From: an uncultured delta proteobacterium
GTDB taxonomy: Bacteria; Desulfobacterota; Binatia; HRBIN30; BPIQ01
Direction of reading: 5' to 3'
NCBI GenBank assembly: GCA_963761335.1
Contig: CAVXGR010000016.1
Coordinates: forward strand, 1-64,000
DNA length: 64,000 nucleotides
The notes below the pieces were generated by a model that made no database searches, had not been told where the DNA came from, and saw only the letters and a list, made by a program, of their open reading frames with translations. The position numbers and the translations under genes were made by a program. The first letter of the stretch is position 1, and each line of letters starts with the position of its first letter. Below, piece after piece: positions 1-11,489 of the stretch.

Positions 1-233
1 AGCCCGAAGACGCTGCCTGCCCACGCCGACAACAGCGGACACAGGCCGGCCGCGAGGGCCTCGTCGAAGAGGTCCGTCTTGAGGAGCCGCGCGGCGGGCT
101 GGGCGGGGAGTCGATCCGCGAGCCAGGCGCTGTTGACGGCGTCGCTGTGCTTGCGCCACAGGGCCTGCCGTCCTTTGCCGTTCCAGGAGATGCCGACGTC
201 GTCCCAGTAGCGGGCCTCGTTGCCAGGGGGCAT
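1..233 (-). CDS. N-terminal part of a probable class I SAM-dependent methyltransferase (runs off the window edge)
   Basis: Read manually: ATG at 233, MPPGNEARYWDDVG...RLLKTDLFDEALAAGL...; open to position 1; family assignment tentative. Confidence 0.5.
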   Translation of the reverse strand, partial: MPPGNEARYWDDVGISWNGKGRQALWRKHSDAVNSAWLADRLPAQPAARLLKTDLFDEALAAGLCPLLSAWAGSVFG

Positions 234-276
234 GCGTGTGATCCGCGCCGCAGCAATAGAGGGTCGGCGCGGCAAG

Positions 277-894
277 TCAAACGGCGCGCCGGTTCATTCT
301 CCACAGGCGGGCGATCAGCTCCGGCCGGAAGATCTGGCTGCTGTCCTTCACCTTGGCGGCCAGCTTGAGCAGATGGGAGCTGATGTTCAGCCGGCAGCGG
401 GAGGCCACCTCGAGGTTGACGTCGAAGCGGATACGAGATCTTTCGACGTGCATCCCGATGATGCCGCCGCGGGCGACGAAGTCGGGAATGTCGCTCACCG
501 TCAGTACGCTGTGCTCGGCGGCGCGTTCGAGGATGTCTCCGAGCCGCGGCTCTTCCGAGCGGCTCACGAAGAGAATGGAGCAGTCCGCCTCGGCTGCCGG
601 ATCCGAGATGTGGCGGAAGCGGAGGTCGCGCCCGTGCACCTGATGCCCCCGGACCACGTCTTCGAGGGCGCCGTGGAAGGTGTCCTCGCCGATCATGCAG
701 AGGTTCACCGCCGGGGCGTCCTCGATCATGCCCGCCGGCCAGTTCACGAACTTGGCGAAGTTGTAGACGAAGGCCGCCTTGACCTCCGACTCTCCCGCGA
801 CCCGCGGCGGCGATTCCGCGGCCGCCGCCGCATGCTGCAGAAGGATGGCTGCGGTGAGCACTCCCAGCAGGCAAGACAGTCGCAGATGGGCCAT
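277..894 (-). CDS. YfiR family (DUF4154) periplasmic protein
   Basis: Signal peptide, VKAAFVYNFAKFVNWP and ISSHLLKLA motifs; ATG overlaps the stop of the upstream receptor gene. Confidence 0.9.
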   Translation of the reverse strand: MAHLRLSCLLGVLTAAILLQHAAAAAESPPRVAGESEVKAAFVYNFAKFVNWPAGMIEDAPAVNLCMIGEDTFHGALEDVVRGHQVHGRDLRFRHISDPAAEADCSILFVSRSEEPRLGDILERAAEHSVLTVSDIPDFVARGGIIGMHVERSRIRFDVNLEVASRCRLNISSHLLKLAAKVKDSSQIFRPELIARLWRMNRRAV

Positions 895-2897
895 CACCAC
901 CACATCCGCACCTGCCCATAGGCAGACCGCTCCAGGGCGGTGCCGTTGCCGAACTCATGGTGGCGGGCATCGCCGAGGTTCTGGCCGACCGCCGAGAGCT
1001 CGAGGTGCTTGCCGAGCCGCTTGGCGAGGCGGACGTCGAAGGTGGCATAGGCGGCGATGCGTTGCGCCGGAAGTGAGTCGACGTAGCGAAAGAAGGTGTC
1101 CAGCTGGATTTCCCAGGGGAGGTCGATCTTGGAGAGGGAGCTGACCATGTTGCCGGGGCTGGAGCCGTCCTCGGCGAGCGCCGTTACGTCCATGACACCT
1201 GGGTCGAAGCCGAGATTCAGGCTCAGATATGAATAAGAGATGTTCAGCCGCCACCATTCGGTGAGCACCAGGTCGGCGGCGACCTCGAAGCCGTGGCTGC
1301 TGCCGTGCAGGTTGTTGGCGATGAACAGGGGAAACACAGTGTGCGGCGGCGGCGGCTCGGATTCGGTGAACGGCGCTCCCGGGCTCAGGCTGAGGAGATT
1401 CTCGTAGTCCTGATAGAACACCGTCAGGTCCAGGTACAAGCGGTTCATCGGCGACAGACGGTAGCCGCCCTCGTAGGCGACCACGGTCTCCGAATCGAAC
1501 GTGTGCGTCCCGACGATGCGCGGAAAGACGCCGTTGGTGGGCCCACCGGTGAAGGAGATGTCGTGCTCGCTGCGCGCCGGCGAGCGCACGGCGCGCGAGA
1601 TCCCGGCCCACAGCGAGTGGCGCGAGCTCGGCGTCCAGAGGATGCGGCCGCTCGGCTGCACCTCGACGCCGCTGTAGTCGTTGTGCGAGAGCTTGGTGCC
1701 GATGATCACCGAGACATCGTCGGTGATGCGAATGTCGTCCTGGATGAAGCCGCTGAGGAGATTGTCGGTGCGGTCGTCAGGAATGAAGGCGATGGCCGAG
1801 TAGCTCGCGGTATTGTCGGCGGTGATGCGATAGCCGAGTCCCCAGATGAGGCGCTGGCGCCACGGCAGTCGCAAGCGGTGCTGGAAATCGAGGTCGCCGG
1901 TGTGCCGATCCTCGCGGAAGTTGATCTCGCGGCGGTAGGTCTGGTCGTAATAGACCTGCAAGGCGATGTCGGAGCCGCCGGCGAGCTGATGGGCCCAGCG
2001 TCCCAGCAGGTTGCCGCCGGCGAGCTCGGTATCCTGCTCCACGGGGGTGATGAAGGGCTCGGTGTAGCGAATGACGCTGCCGCGGCCGCCGGTGTCGCCG
2101 GAGTAGATGTCGCCCTGGACGGTGATCCCGTCGCGCGGCGTCAACGGGCGATCGGCGCGGAATCCGGCGCGGCCCATGTGCCAGCCGTCGTAATCGCCCG
2201 CCGGGGAGATGCCCCCGTCGCGGTTGAAGTACTTTCCGTATACTCGGTAGTAGCCGTCGCCCCAGCGGCCGCCGTAACGAGCCCCGCCGAATCCCTGCTC
2301 CTCGTTGCCGCCACCCGCCGAAAGCAGCACGCCCTGGGTGTCCGCGGCCTTCTTGGTGACGATGTTGATGACGCCGTTGACGGCGTTTTCACCCCATAAC
2401 GTTCCGGCCGGACCGCGAATCACCTCGATGCGGTCGATGTCCTCGAGGAGGGTGTCCTGCACCGCCCAGTAGGTGCCGGCGGTCAGGGGGCTGTAGACCG
2501 TGCGGCCGTCGATGAGGACGAGAACCGAACGCGCCAGGGAGCTGGCGAAGCCGCGGATGCCGACCGCCCATGTGTTGCTGTCGATGCGCGCCACATGGAC
2601 GCCGGGGGCGAGTCGCAGCGCATCGGCGATGGTCGTCGCTCCGGAGCGGCGGATGTCGTCCTGGGTGATGACGTAGATGGCGTCGGCGACGTCGAAGCGG
2701 CTCTTGGGAAACCGCGTCGCGGAGATCACCTCGACGTTCATCAGCTCCTCGAGGCTCAGCTCCGCGAGATCATGGGGTCGGGCCGCGGCCGCCGCAGACT
2801 GCGCCGCGATGCACAGCGGCAGCACTGCCGCCAATGCGGCGAGAGCCCCGATCAAGTGACGATGTGCGGTCGCGATTCGCCCGCCCGTCCCCTGCAT
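894..2897 (-). CDS. TonB-dependent receptor
   Basis: LSLEELMNVEV, plug motifs (VLIDGR, IDRIEVIRGP, GVINIVTK), C-terminal aromatic residue; start uncertain (2897 or 2942). Confidence 0.92.
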   Translation of the reverse strand: MQGTGGRIATAHRHLIGALAALAAVLPLCIAAQSAAAAARPHDLAELSLEELMNVEVISATRFPKSRFDVADAIYVITQDDIRRSGATTIADALRLAPGVHVARIDSNTWAVGIRGFASSLARSVLVLIDGRTVYSPLTAGTYWAVQDTLLEDIDRIEVIRGPAGTLWGENAVNGVINIVTKKAADTQGVLLSAGGGNEEQGFGGARYGGRWGDGYYRVYGKYFNRDGGISPAGDYDGWHMGRAGFRADRPLTPRDGITVQGDIYSGDTGGRGSVIRYTEPFITPVEQDTELAGGNLLGRWAHQLAGGSDIALQVYYDQTYRREINFREDRHTGDLDFQHRLRLPWRQRLIWGLGYRITADNTASYSAIAFIPDDRTDNLLSGFIQDDIRITDDVSVIIGTKLSHNDYSGVEVQPSGRILWTPSSRHSLWAGISRAVRSPARSEHDISFTGGPTNGVFPRIVGTHTFDSETVVAYEGGYRLSPMNRLYLDLTVFYQDYENLLSLSPGAPFTESEPPPPHTVFPLFIANNLHGSSHGFEVAADLVLTEWWRLNISYSYLSLNLGFDPGVMDVTALAEDGSSPGNMVSSLSKIDLPWEIQLDTFFRYVDSLPAQRIAAYATFDVRLAKRLGKHLELSAVGQNLGDARHHEFGNGTALERSAYGQVRMWW

Positions 2898-3069
2898 GCG
2901 CTCGCTTCCCCCCCGGGCCGCTAGTAGTCGGCTCCGGGTCAATATGCAACGGCTGAAATTTGGACGTTGGGGACGGGCATCTTTTCGGCGACATCGGCAG
3001 CCTCTCTCCCCGGAGGGACGTTTGCGCCCGAAAAGAAGTCTGTCTCCCTTTCGTTCGAACGGGGCCGGC

Positions 3070-3104
3070 TGCCCAAAACTTGGGCGTTGCCTCTTGATTA
3101 GGCG
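3070..3104 (+). promoter_or_regulatory. Tandem NtrC-like enhancer sites
   Basis: Two adjacent 17-bp TGC-N11-GCG pseudo-palindromes (TGCCCAAAACTTGGGCG 3070-3086, TGCCTCTTGATTAGGCG 3088-3104) ~70-100 bp upstream of a sigma54 motif. Confidence 0.6.
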
Positions 3105-3169
3105 GCAGGCGCGTCGAGTGTCGGCGATCTGCCCATCAAGTGAGAAGATCTGCCTTCAGCGGTCCTTCT

Positions 3170-3185
3170 CGGCACTGGCCTTGCA
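3170..3185 (+). promoter_or_regulatory. sigma54 (-24/-12) promoter of amtB-PII-glnA
   Basis: CGGCAC-TGGCC-TTGCA with GG-N10-GC spacing, upstream of nitrogen assimilation genes. Confidence 0.8.
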
Positions 3186-3238
3186 GCTGAGCGGAAATGC
3201 GTCCGTCTGTACTCGTGTAACTGAAAAGGGGGGAATTC

Positions 3239-4555
3239 ATGAGGAAAGGGAGAGGTGCGTCCGCTGCAGCATTCGCATGTGCATGGCTTTTCATCGGAGT
3301 AGGTGTCGCCTCGGCGCAGGGGACGGCCGCGCCGGCGGTCGACAGCGGCAACACCGCATGGCTGCTGATTTCGGCGGCGTTGGTGCTGCTGATGACGCCC
3401 GCTCTGGGCTTCTTCTATTCCGGCATGGTGCGCCCGAAGAACGTCCTCGGGACGATCATGCACAGCTTCTTCATGATCGCCCTGATCAGCATTCAATGGC
3501 TGATCATCGGTTACTCGCTGGCCTTCGGCCACGACGTCAACGGCCTCATCGGCGGCTTCGACTATGTGTTTCTGAGCGGCGTCGGCGTCGCCCCGCATCC
3601 GTTGTATGCGCCGACGGTGCCGCATCTGGCCTTCATGATCTACCAGGCGATGTTCGCGGTGATCACTCCGGCGCTGATCACCGGGGCCTTTGCGGAGCGC
3701 ATGAAGTTCAAGTCCTTTGTGGTCTTCAGCCTCATCTGGTCGACCGTGGTCTACGACCCGATTGCCCACTGGGTCTGGGGCGGCGGCTTTCTGGGCGGAC
3801 TGGGGGCCCTCGACTTCGCCGGAGGCACGGTGGTGCACATCAGCTCCGGGATTGCGGCCTTGGCGGCGGCGCTGGTGATGGGCAAGCGCCTCGGCTACCC
3901 GAAGGAGCCGATTCTGCCCAACAACCTGACGCTCACTGTGCTCGGAGCCGGGATGCTGTGGTTCGGCTGGTTCGGCTTCAATGCCGGCAGCGCCCTGTCG
4001 TCGGGCGGCCTGGCGGCCACGGCCTTCGTGGCCACGCACATGGCGGCGTCGGCGGCGACCGTGGGCTGGGCGGTCGCGGAGTACCTGCACCGCGGCGTCG
4101 CCAGCGTTCTGGGCGCCGCCTCGGGAGCGGTGGCCGGCCTGGTGGCGATCACGCCGGCGGCCGGCTTCGTCGGCCCGGCCGCGGCGCTGATCATCGGGCT
4201 GGTCGCCGGCTTCCTCTGCTACAACGCCGTGGTGATGAAGACGCGGCTGGGATACGACGATGCCCTCGACGTCGTGGGCGTGCACGGCGTGGGCGGCACC
4301 TGGGGGGCGCTGGCGACCGGCATCTTCGCCTCGGCGGCGGTCAACTCGGCGGGGGCCGATGGCCTTCTTCTCGGAAATCCAATGCTGGTGGTGAAGCAAC
4401 TCATCGGCATCTCCGTCACCCTCGTATACTCGTTCACGCTGACCTTCGTCATCCTGAAGCTCGTCGACGCGACGCTGGGGTTGCGGGTGGCCGAGGATGA
4501 CGAGATCACCGGTCTCGATCTGACCCAGCATGGGGAGACTGCGTACAACTTCTGA
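3239..4555 (+). CDS. amtB: Ammonium transporter
   Basis: DFAGGTVVH, WFGWFGFNAGS, YDDALDVVGVHG motifs; many TM segments. Confidence 0.97.
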   Translation: MRKGRGASAAAFACAWLFIGVGVASAQGTAAPAVDSGNTAWLLISAALVLLMTPALGFFYSGMVRPKNVLGTIMHSFFMIALISIQWLIIGYSLAFGHDVNGLIGGFDYVFLSGVGVAPHPLYAPTVPHLAFMIYQAMFAVITPALITGAFAERMKFKSFVVFSLIWSTVVYDPIAHWVWGGGFLGGLGALDFAGGTVVHISSGIAALAAALVMGKRLGYPKEPILPNNLTLTVLGAGMLWFGWFGFNAGSALSSGGLAATAFVATHMAASAATVGWAVAEYLHRGVASVLGAASGAVAGLVAITPAAGFVGPAAALIIGLVAGFLCYNAVVMKTRLGYDDALDVVGVHGVGGTWGALATGIFASAAVNSAGADGLLLGNPMLVVKQLIGISVTLVYSFTLTFVILKLVDATLGLRVAEDDEITGLDLTQHGETAYNF

Positions 4556-4957
<402 letters not shown>

Positions 4958-5045
4958 GAGGTAGGCGCTCGTCTACTGCGGCGTTGACCGCCCGCAGGCG
5001 GAATGCCGTCAACAACACGGAATTCGTAAGGAGGAGGGTGCAGCC

Positions 5046-6458
<1,413 letters not shown>

Positions 6459-6467
6459 TCACTTGGT

Positions 6468-6506
6468 GCTGGGGGGTGGCGGGGCTTTGCCCCGCCACCC
6501 CCCAGC
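6468..6506. terminator. Perfect 18-bp GC hairpin between convergent glnA and lspA
   Basis: gctggggggtggcggggc-ttt-gccccgccaccccccagc. Confidence 0.75.
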
Positions 6507-6507
6507 C

Positions 6508-6580
6508 GTTGTTAGGTTGTTGAGTTGTTAGGTTCTTAGGAAAGACCCGAGACCCAATCCTAACCTAACAACCCAACAAC
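6508..6580. repeat. Octamer-period inverted repeat element (GTTGTTAG type)
   Basis: gttgttag-gttgttga-gttgttag-gttcttag ... ctaacaac-ccaacaac, abutting the lspA stop. Confidence 0.8.
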
Positions 6581-7069
6581 CTATCCGTTCTGGACCGGAG
6601 ATCGGTCCACGAAGGAGTACGCCAGCAATATCACCGTGCCGATGGTGATGAACGAGTCGGCGACGTTGAAGGCGGGCCAGTGATGGCCGTGCCACTGGAA
6701 GTCGAGGAAGTCGATGACCTCGCCGGCGAGGATGCGGTCGATGAAGTTGCCGATGGCGCCGCCGAGGATGCCGCTGAGGGCGAAGAGGAGGAGGCGCTGG
6801 CGTACGTCGACGCCGCGCAGGAAATAGAAGAGCACGGCGATGGCGAGCACCGAGACGGCGATGAAGAAGGGGATGCGCATGGCTGCCGAACGGCCCGCCA
6901 GCAACCCGAAGGCGCCGCCGGTGTTGCGCAGGTAGGTGATGTGAAAGAAGGAGTCGATCACCGCGATCGACTGGTACAGCGCCATGGTGCGGTCGATGTA
7001 CCATTTGGTCAGCTGATCGACGACGACGATGGCGGCGGCCACCGCGGCGACGAAGGAGTACTTACCCAC
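6581..7069 (-). CDS. lspA: Lipoprotein signal peptidase II
   Basis: DQLTK, NTGGAFG, GNFIDR, VIDF, FNVADS motifs; GTG start overlaps the ileS stop. Confidence 0.96.
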   Translation of the reverse strand: MGKYSFVAAVAAAIVVVDQLTKWYIDRTMALYQSIAVIDSFFHITYLRNTGGAFGLLAGRSAAMRIPFFIAVSVLAIAVLFYFLRGVDVRQRLLLFALSGILGGAIGNFIDRILAGEVIDFLDFQWHGHHWPAFNVADSFITIGTVILLAYSFVDRSPVQNG

Positions 7070-9860
7070 GCGCCGCGTCTCCGAGGACGACCGAGAGGCA
7101 GCGGCCGCAGAGACCCGGGTGCGCCGGCGAGCTGCCGACGTCCTCGCGCAGATTCCAGCAGCGCTCGCACTTGAGGCCGCGCGCCGGCTCGATGCGCACC
7201 CGCAAGGCGTCGAGTAGCGGGCTGACGGCGTCGGCCTCCAGCGCCGCGCCGACCTCGACCTGGGAGACGATGAACAGTGAGGGCAGCTGTGGCCCCAGCT
7301 GCTCGAGCAGAGGTGCGAGCCCGTCATTGCCGGCGAGGCGGACCCGTGCCTCGAGCGGATGGCCGATGACGCCGCCGCGCCGCGCTTCCTCCAACGCCTT
7401 GGTCACCGCGCCGCGGACCTCGAGGACGCGGTCCCAGCGCGCCGCCAGGGCGTCGTCGCGGGATTCGGCGGGAAGCTCCGGATAGCCGGCGAGGAAGACG
7501 CTCTCCGCCTTACCGCGGTACGCAGGGGCGTGCTCCCAGATCTCCTCGGCGGTGAAGGAGAGCACCGGCGCCATCAGCCGCGCCAGTGCGTCGACCATCG
7601 TCCACTGTACCGTCTGCGCGGCGCGCCGCTCGCGGCCGCGCGCCGCTGAGCAGTAGAGGCGGTCCTTGGTGATGTCGAGATAGAGAGCGCTCAGATCGAC
7701 GGCGCAGAAGTTGTTCAGGCGGTGATAGACGAGGTGGAACTCGCATTCGTCGTACGCCTGGCGGCAGCGCGACACCAGCTCTTCGGTGCGGTGCAGCGCC
7801 CAGCGGTCGAGCTCCGGAAGCTCGGCGATCGGCAGGCGATCGGTGTCCGGGTCGAAGTCGTAGAGGTTGCCGAGGAGAAAGCGAGCGGTGTTGCGCAAGC
7901 GGCGATACGATTCGACGAGCCGGTCGAGGATCTCCTGGGAGATGCGCATGTCGTCGCGATAGTCGGTGGCCGCTACCCAGAGACGCAGCACCTCGGCCCC
8001 GTACTTGCTGGTCAGCTGCTCCGGAGCGACGACGTTGCCGAGCGACTTGGACATCTTCTTGCCCTCGGCATCGACGAAGAAGCCGTGCGTCAGCACCCCT
8101 TTGTAGGGGGCATGGCCGCGCGTGCCGACCGCCGTCAGCAGCGAGGTGTGAAACCAGCCGCGATGCTGATCGCTGCCCTCGAGATACAGGTCGGCGGGGG
8201 AGCCGAGATCGGGGCGCTTCTCGAGGACGGCGGCATGGCTGACGCCGGAATCGAACCAGACGTCGAGGATGTCACGCTCGCGCCGCAGCTCGGCGCCGCC
8301 GCACTGGGGGCAGCGCAGATCCGGCGGCAGCAGCTCGGCGTTGGTGCCGGTGAACCAGACCGCCGAGCCCTGCGTCTCGATGCGCGCCGCCACGTGCTCG
8401 GCCAGCTCCGGGGTGGCGATCACCTGGTTGCAGGGCTCGCAGTAAACGGCGACGATGGGCACGCCCCAGACGCGCTGGCGCGAGATGCACCAGTCGGGGC
8501 GGGTCTCCATCATGCCGCGAATGCGGTCGCGCCCCCAGGGCGGAATCCACTGCACGCGGTCGATCTCCTCGAGGGCGCGGCGGCGCAGATCGTTCGTCTC
8601 CATCGACACGAACCACTGCTCCGTGGCCCGGAAGATCACCGGATTCTTGCAGCGCCAGCAGTGCGGATACGAATGCGGATAGGCGCTGTCGCCGAGCAGC
8701 GCCCCGACGCGCCGCAGGATGTCGAGCACGGCGGCATCGGCGCGGAAGACGAATTGCCCCTCGAGCTCCGGCACCTCGCGGGTGAAGCGGCCGCGCGCGT
8801 CGACGGGAGAATAGACGTCGAGACCGCTGGCGATGCCCACCTCGTAGTCCTCGGCGCCATGGCCGGGCGCGGTGTGCACGGCGCCGGTGCCCTGCTCCAG
8901 GGTGACGTGCTCGCCGAGCACGAAGACCGAGTCGCGCTCGAGCCATGGGTGGCGGGCGCGGCCGCCGGCGAGCTCGGCGCCGGGAAAGCGCGCCAGAATG
9001 CGCGGCTCGCTCCAGCCGAGGGCGCCTGCCGTCTGCTCGAGGAGACCGCTGGCGACGACGTGGACGCGGTTGCCGACCTCGACGGCGGCGTACTCGAGCT
9101 CCGGGTGAAAGGCGATGGCGAGGTTCGCCGGCAGGGTCCACGGCGTCGTCGTCCAGATGATCACCGAGAGGTCGCGGCCGCGGAACGGCAGCAGCGGTGC
9201 CGGTAGCGGCTCGATCACCGGAAAGGCGACGTAGATCGACGGCGAGGTGATGTCGGCGTACTCGACCTCCGCCTCCGCCAGGGCGGTGACGCAGGACGGA
9301 CACCAGTAGACCGGCTTCTTGCGGCGGTAGAGGGCACCGGCCGCCATGAATCGGCCGAGCTCGCGGACCTCGCAGGCCTCATACTGCGGGTCGAGCGTCA
9401 GGTACGGATGCTCCCAGTCGCCGAGCACGCCGAGGCGCTTGAACTCCTCGCGCTGCACGTCGACGAAGCGCAGCGCGTGCTCGCGGCAGCGGCGGATGAT
9501 CTCGGCGGGATCGACCGCCGTCTTCTCCTTGCCGAGACTCTTCTCGACCTGTAGCTCGATCGGCAATCCGTGGCAGTCCCAGCCCGGAACATAGGGGGCG
9601 AGGAAGCCGCTCATGCTGCGAAACTTGACGATGAAGTCCTTGAGGATCTTGTTGAGCGCCTGACCGAGATGGATGTGATTGTTGGCGTACGGCGGGCCGT
9701 CGTGGAGGATGAACTTCGGCTTGCCGGCGTTGGCTTCCTGGAGGCGCTCGTAGAGTCGCATCTCTTCCCAGCGGGCGAGGCGCTGCGGCTCCCGCTGCGG
9801 CAGGTTGCCGCGCATCGGAAAATCCGTCTTCGGCAGGTTGAGCGTGCTCTTGTAATCCAT
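7062..9860 (-). CDS. ileS: Isoleucine--tRNA ligase
   Basis: [12 protein letters not shown] (HIGH-like), KMSKS, WCISRQR, C-terminal zinc finger. Confidence 0.98.
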   Translation of the reverse strand: MDYKSTLNLPKTDFPMRGNLPQREPQRLARWEEMRLYERLQEANAGKPKFILHDGPPYANNHIHLGQALNKILKDFIVKFRSMSGFLAPYVPGWDCHGLPIELQVEKSLGKEKTAVDPAEIIRRCREHALRFVDVQREEFKRLGVLGDWEHPYLTLDPQYEACEVRELGRFMAAGALYRRKKPVYWCPSCVTALAEAEVEYADITSPSIYVAFPVIEPLPAPLLPFRGRDLSVIIWTTTPWTLPANLAIAFHPELEYAAVEVGNRVHVVASGLLEQTAGALGWSEPRILARFPGAELAGGRARHPWLERDSVFVLGEHVTLEQGTGAVHTAPGHGAEDYEVGIASGLDVYSPVDARGRFTREVPELEGQFVFRADAAVLDILRRVGALLGDSAYPHSYPHCWRCKNPVIFRATEQWFVSMETNDLRRRALEEIDRVQWIPPWGRDRIRGMMETRPDWCISRQRVWGVPIVAVYCEPCNQVIATPELAEHVAARIETQGSAVWFTGTNAELLPPDLRCPQCGGAELRRERDILDVWFDSGVSHAAVLEKRPDLGSPADLYLEGSDQHRGWFHTSLLTAVGTRGHAPYKGVLTHGFFVDAEGKKMSKSLGNVVAPEQLTSKYGAEVLRLWVAATDYRDDMRISQEILDRLVESYRRLRNTARFLLGNLYDFDPDTDRLPIAELPELDRWALHRTEELVSRCRQAYDECEFHLVYHRLNNFCAVDLSALYLDITKDRLYCSAARGRERRAAQTVQWTMVDALARLMAPVLSFTAEEIWEHAPAYRGKAESVFLAGYPELPAESRDDALAARWDRVLEVRGAVTKALEEARRGGVIGHPLEARVRLAGNDGLAPLLEQLGPQLPSLFIVSQVEVGAALEADAVSPLLDALRVRIEPARGLKCERCWNLREDVGSSPAHPGLCGRCLSVVLGDAARG

Positions 9861-10029
9861 TTTCAGGGAGGAACGGTCGGTCGGCGGTGGAAGATGGGTC
9901 TAGCAGCCGGTCTGCGAGAGTTCAATTCGAATGCTCCCGGCGCCTTGCGCCGGGATTCCACCGCAGCGTCCCCGCGCCGTATTGGCAGGAGGGCGCGCTT
10001 TCGCTAGGTTGGCCGGCGGAGCGCGACAG

Positions 10030-10284
10030 ATGGCGAGACGAATGGTGACCAACTTCCAGCGTCCTTTCTTCCCGAGCTATGAGGAGATCGACGAGGAGGG
10101 GCAGGCGAAGCCCTGCGTGTACGGCGTGCCCTGGGTAAATGACGATACGCTGCGCACCCTCGCCAAGCACGGCGGCACGCGCACCGGACCCAAGGGCGAG
10201 CCGCTGCCGGCGGACGGCGCGGCGGCGCCGCGCAGCCCCTCGGCGGCCTCGCTGTCGGCGCGTGCGCGCCCCCACCGCCGCTAG
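10030..10284 (+). CDS. Hypothetical small protein
   Basis: 84-aa ORF with typical codon usage between ileS and pgeF; no recognised motif. Confidence 0.55.
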   Translation: MARRMVTNFQRPFFPSYEEIDEEGQAKPCVYGVPWVNDDTLRTLAKHGGTRTGPKGEPLPADGAAAPRSPSAASLSARARPHRR

Positions 10285-10300
10285 CGCCGCCCGCGGCTCG

Positions 10301-11083
10301 ATGGTGAGTGCCGCCGCGGCGCCGGTGCCCCCCTGGACGGTCCCCTCCTGGGGCGAGCAGGCGGGTCTGCGGCACGGCTTCTTCGGCCGCGCGGGCGGGT
10401 GCAGCGGCGGTGACTTCGCGGCACTCAACCTCTCCTACGCCGTCGGCGATTGCGAGGTCGACGTACGCCGCAACCGCGAGCTGGTCGCGGCACAGCTGCG
10501 GCCGCTGCGGCTCGTTCTTGCCACGCAGGTCCACGGCGACCGGGTCTGCGTCGTCACCCCGGCGACCGAGGCGGTGGGAGAAGCGGACGTCCTGATCGCG
10601 GCCGAGCCGGGCGTGGCAGTCGGCGTGCTCACCGCCGACTGTGTTCCCCTGCTGCTCATGGCCCCTCGTCAGCGCCTTGCGGCTGCCGTGCACGCCGGAT
10701 GGAAGGGGACGGCGCTGCGCATTGCCGCCGGTGCTCTGGAGCACATGCAGCGGGACTTCGGCGTTGCGCCCGCGGGGATCTACGCCGCCGTGGGCCCGGC
10801 GATCGGGGGCTGCTGCTACGAGGTGGGGGAAGAGGTGGTGGCGCGGCTGAGAGACACTGTCGGTGAGCTCGCGAACGGCGCCATCGAGCGAAGCAAGGGC
10901 AGACCCCACATCGACCTGCGCCGGCTGAATGCCGCCATCCTCGCCGCGGCCGGAGTTCCGCCGGCGCACATCGCCGCCATCGGCCCGTGCACCCGCTGTG
11001 CCGCCGACGCCTGTTTCTCGCACCGCGGCGGCGGTGGCCGCAGCGGGCGGCAGCTCAGCTTCGTGGGCTGGACGGCGGCATAG
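10301..11083 (+). CDS. pgeF: Peptidoglycan editing factor / YfiH family
   Basis: QVHG, VLTADCVP, HAGWKG, GPAIGGCCYEVG, FSHR motifs. Confidence 0.93.
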   Translation: MVSAAAAPVPPWTVPSWGEQAGLRHGFFGRAGGCSGGDFAALNLSYAVGDCEVDVRRNRELVAAQLRPLRLVLATQVHGDRVCVVTPATEAVGEADVLIAAEPGVAVGVLTADCVPLLLMAPRQRLAAAVHAGWKGTALRIAAGALEHMQRDFGVAPAGIYAAVGPAIGGCCYEVGEEVVARLRDTVGELANGAIERSKGRPHIDLRRLNAAILAAAGVPPAHIAAIGPCTRCAADACFSHRGGGGRSGRQLSFVGWTAA

Positions 11084-11144
11084 TCGCGGGCGTTTGTGCC
11101 CCTGCGCCACTGCTGGTAGATTCGGCCGAGTGGGAGGATCGGCG

Positions 11145-11468
11145 ATGAAACGCACTGTTGCTGTCGCGATTGGTCTGGCTCTCCTCGCTGCGACGATGAG
11201 TCCGGCGCTGGCGGGCTCCATGGGCTCCACGCAGGCGGCCTCGCCGTCGGCGTACGAGTCGTCGCCGTGTGGGCGGGATGAGGGCGTGTCCTGCTGGGAC
11301 ACCTACGACGACTCCGAATCCCATCCCCTTCGCATTCTCGGGTATCTGCTCAACCCACTCGGCTTCGCGGCCGAGTGGGCAATCTTCCGGCCGTTCCACT
11401 GCCTGGTGTCGCAGCCGGGCCTGGATCGGGTTTTCGGCTACGAGCCGGACGAGCATCCCGGGTATTGA
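11145..11468 (+). CDS. Small secreted/membrane hypothetical protein
   Basis: RBS ggagg, N-terminal signal peptide, HPLRILGYLLNPLGFAAEW segment. Confidence 0.7.
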   Translation: MKRTVAVAIGLALLAATMSPALAGSMGSTQAASPSAYESSPCGRDEGVSCWDTYDDSESHPLRILGYLLNPLGFAAEWAIFRPFHCLVSQPGLDRVFGYEPDEHPGY

Positions 11469-11489
11469 GCAGCCGGGCCGATCGACACC

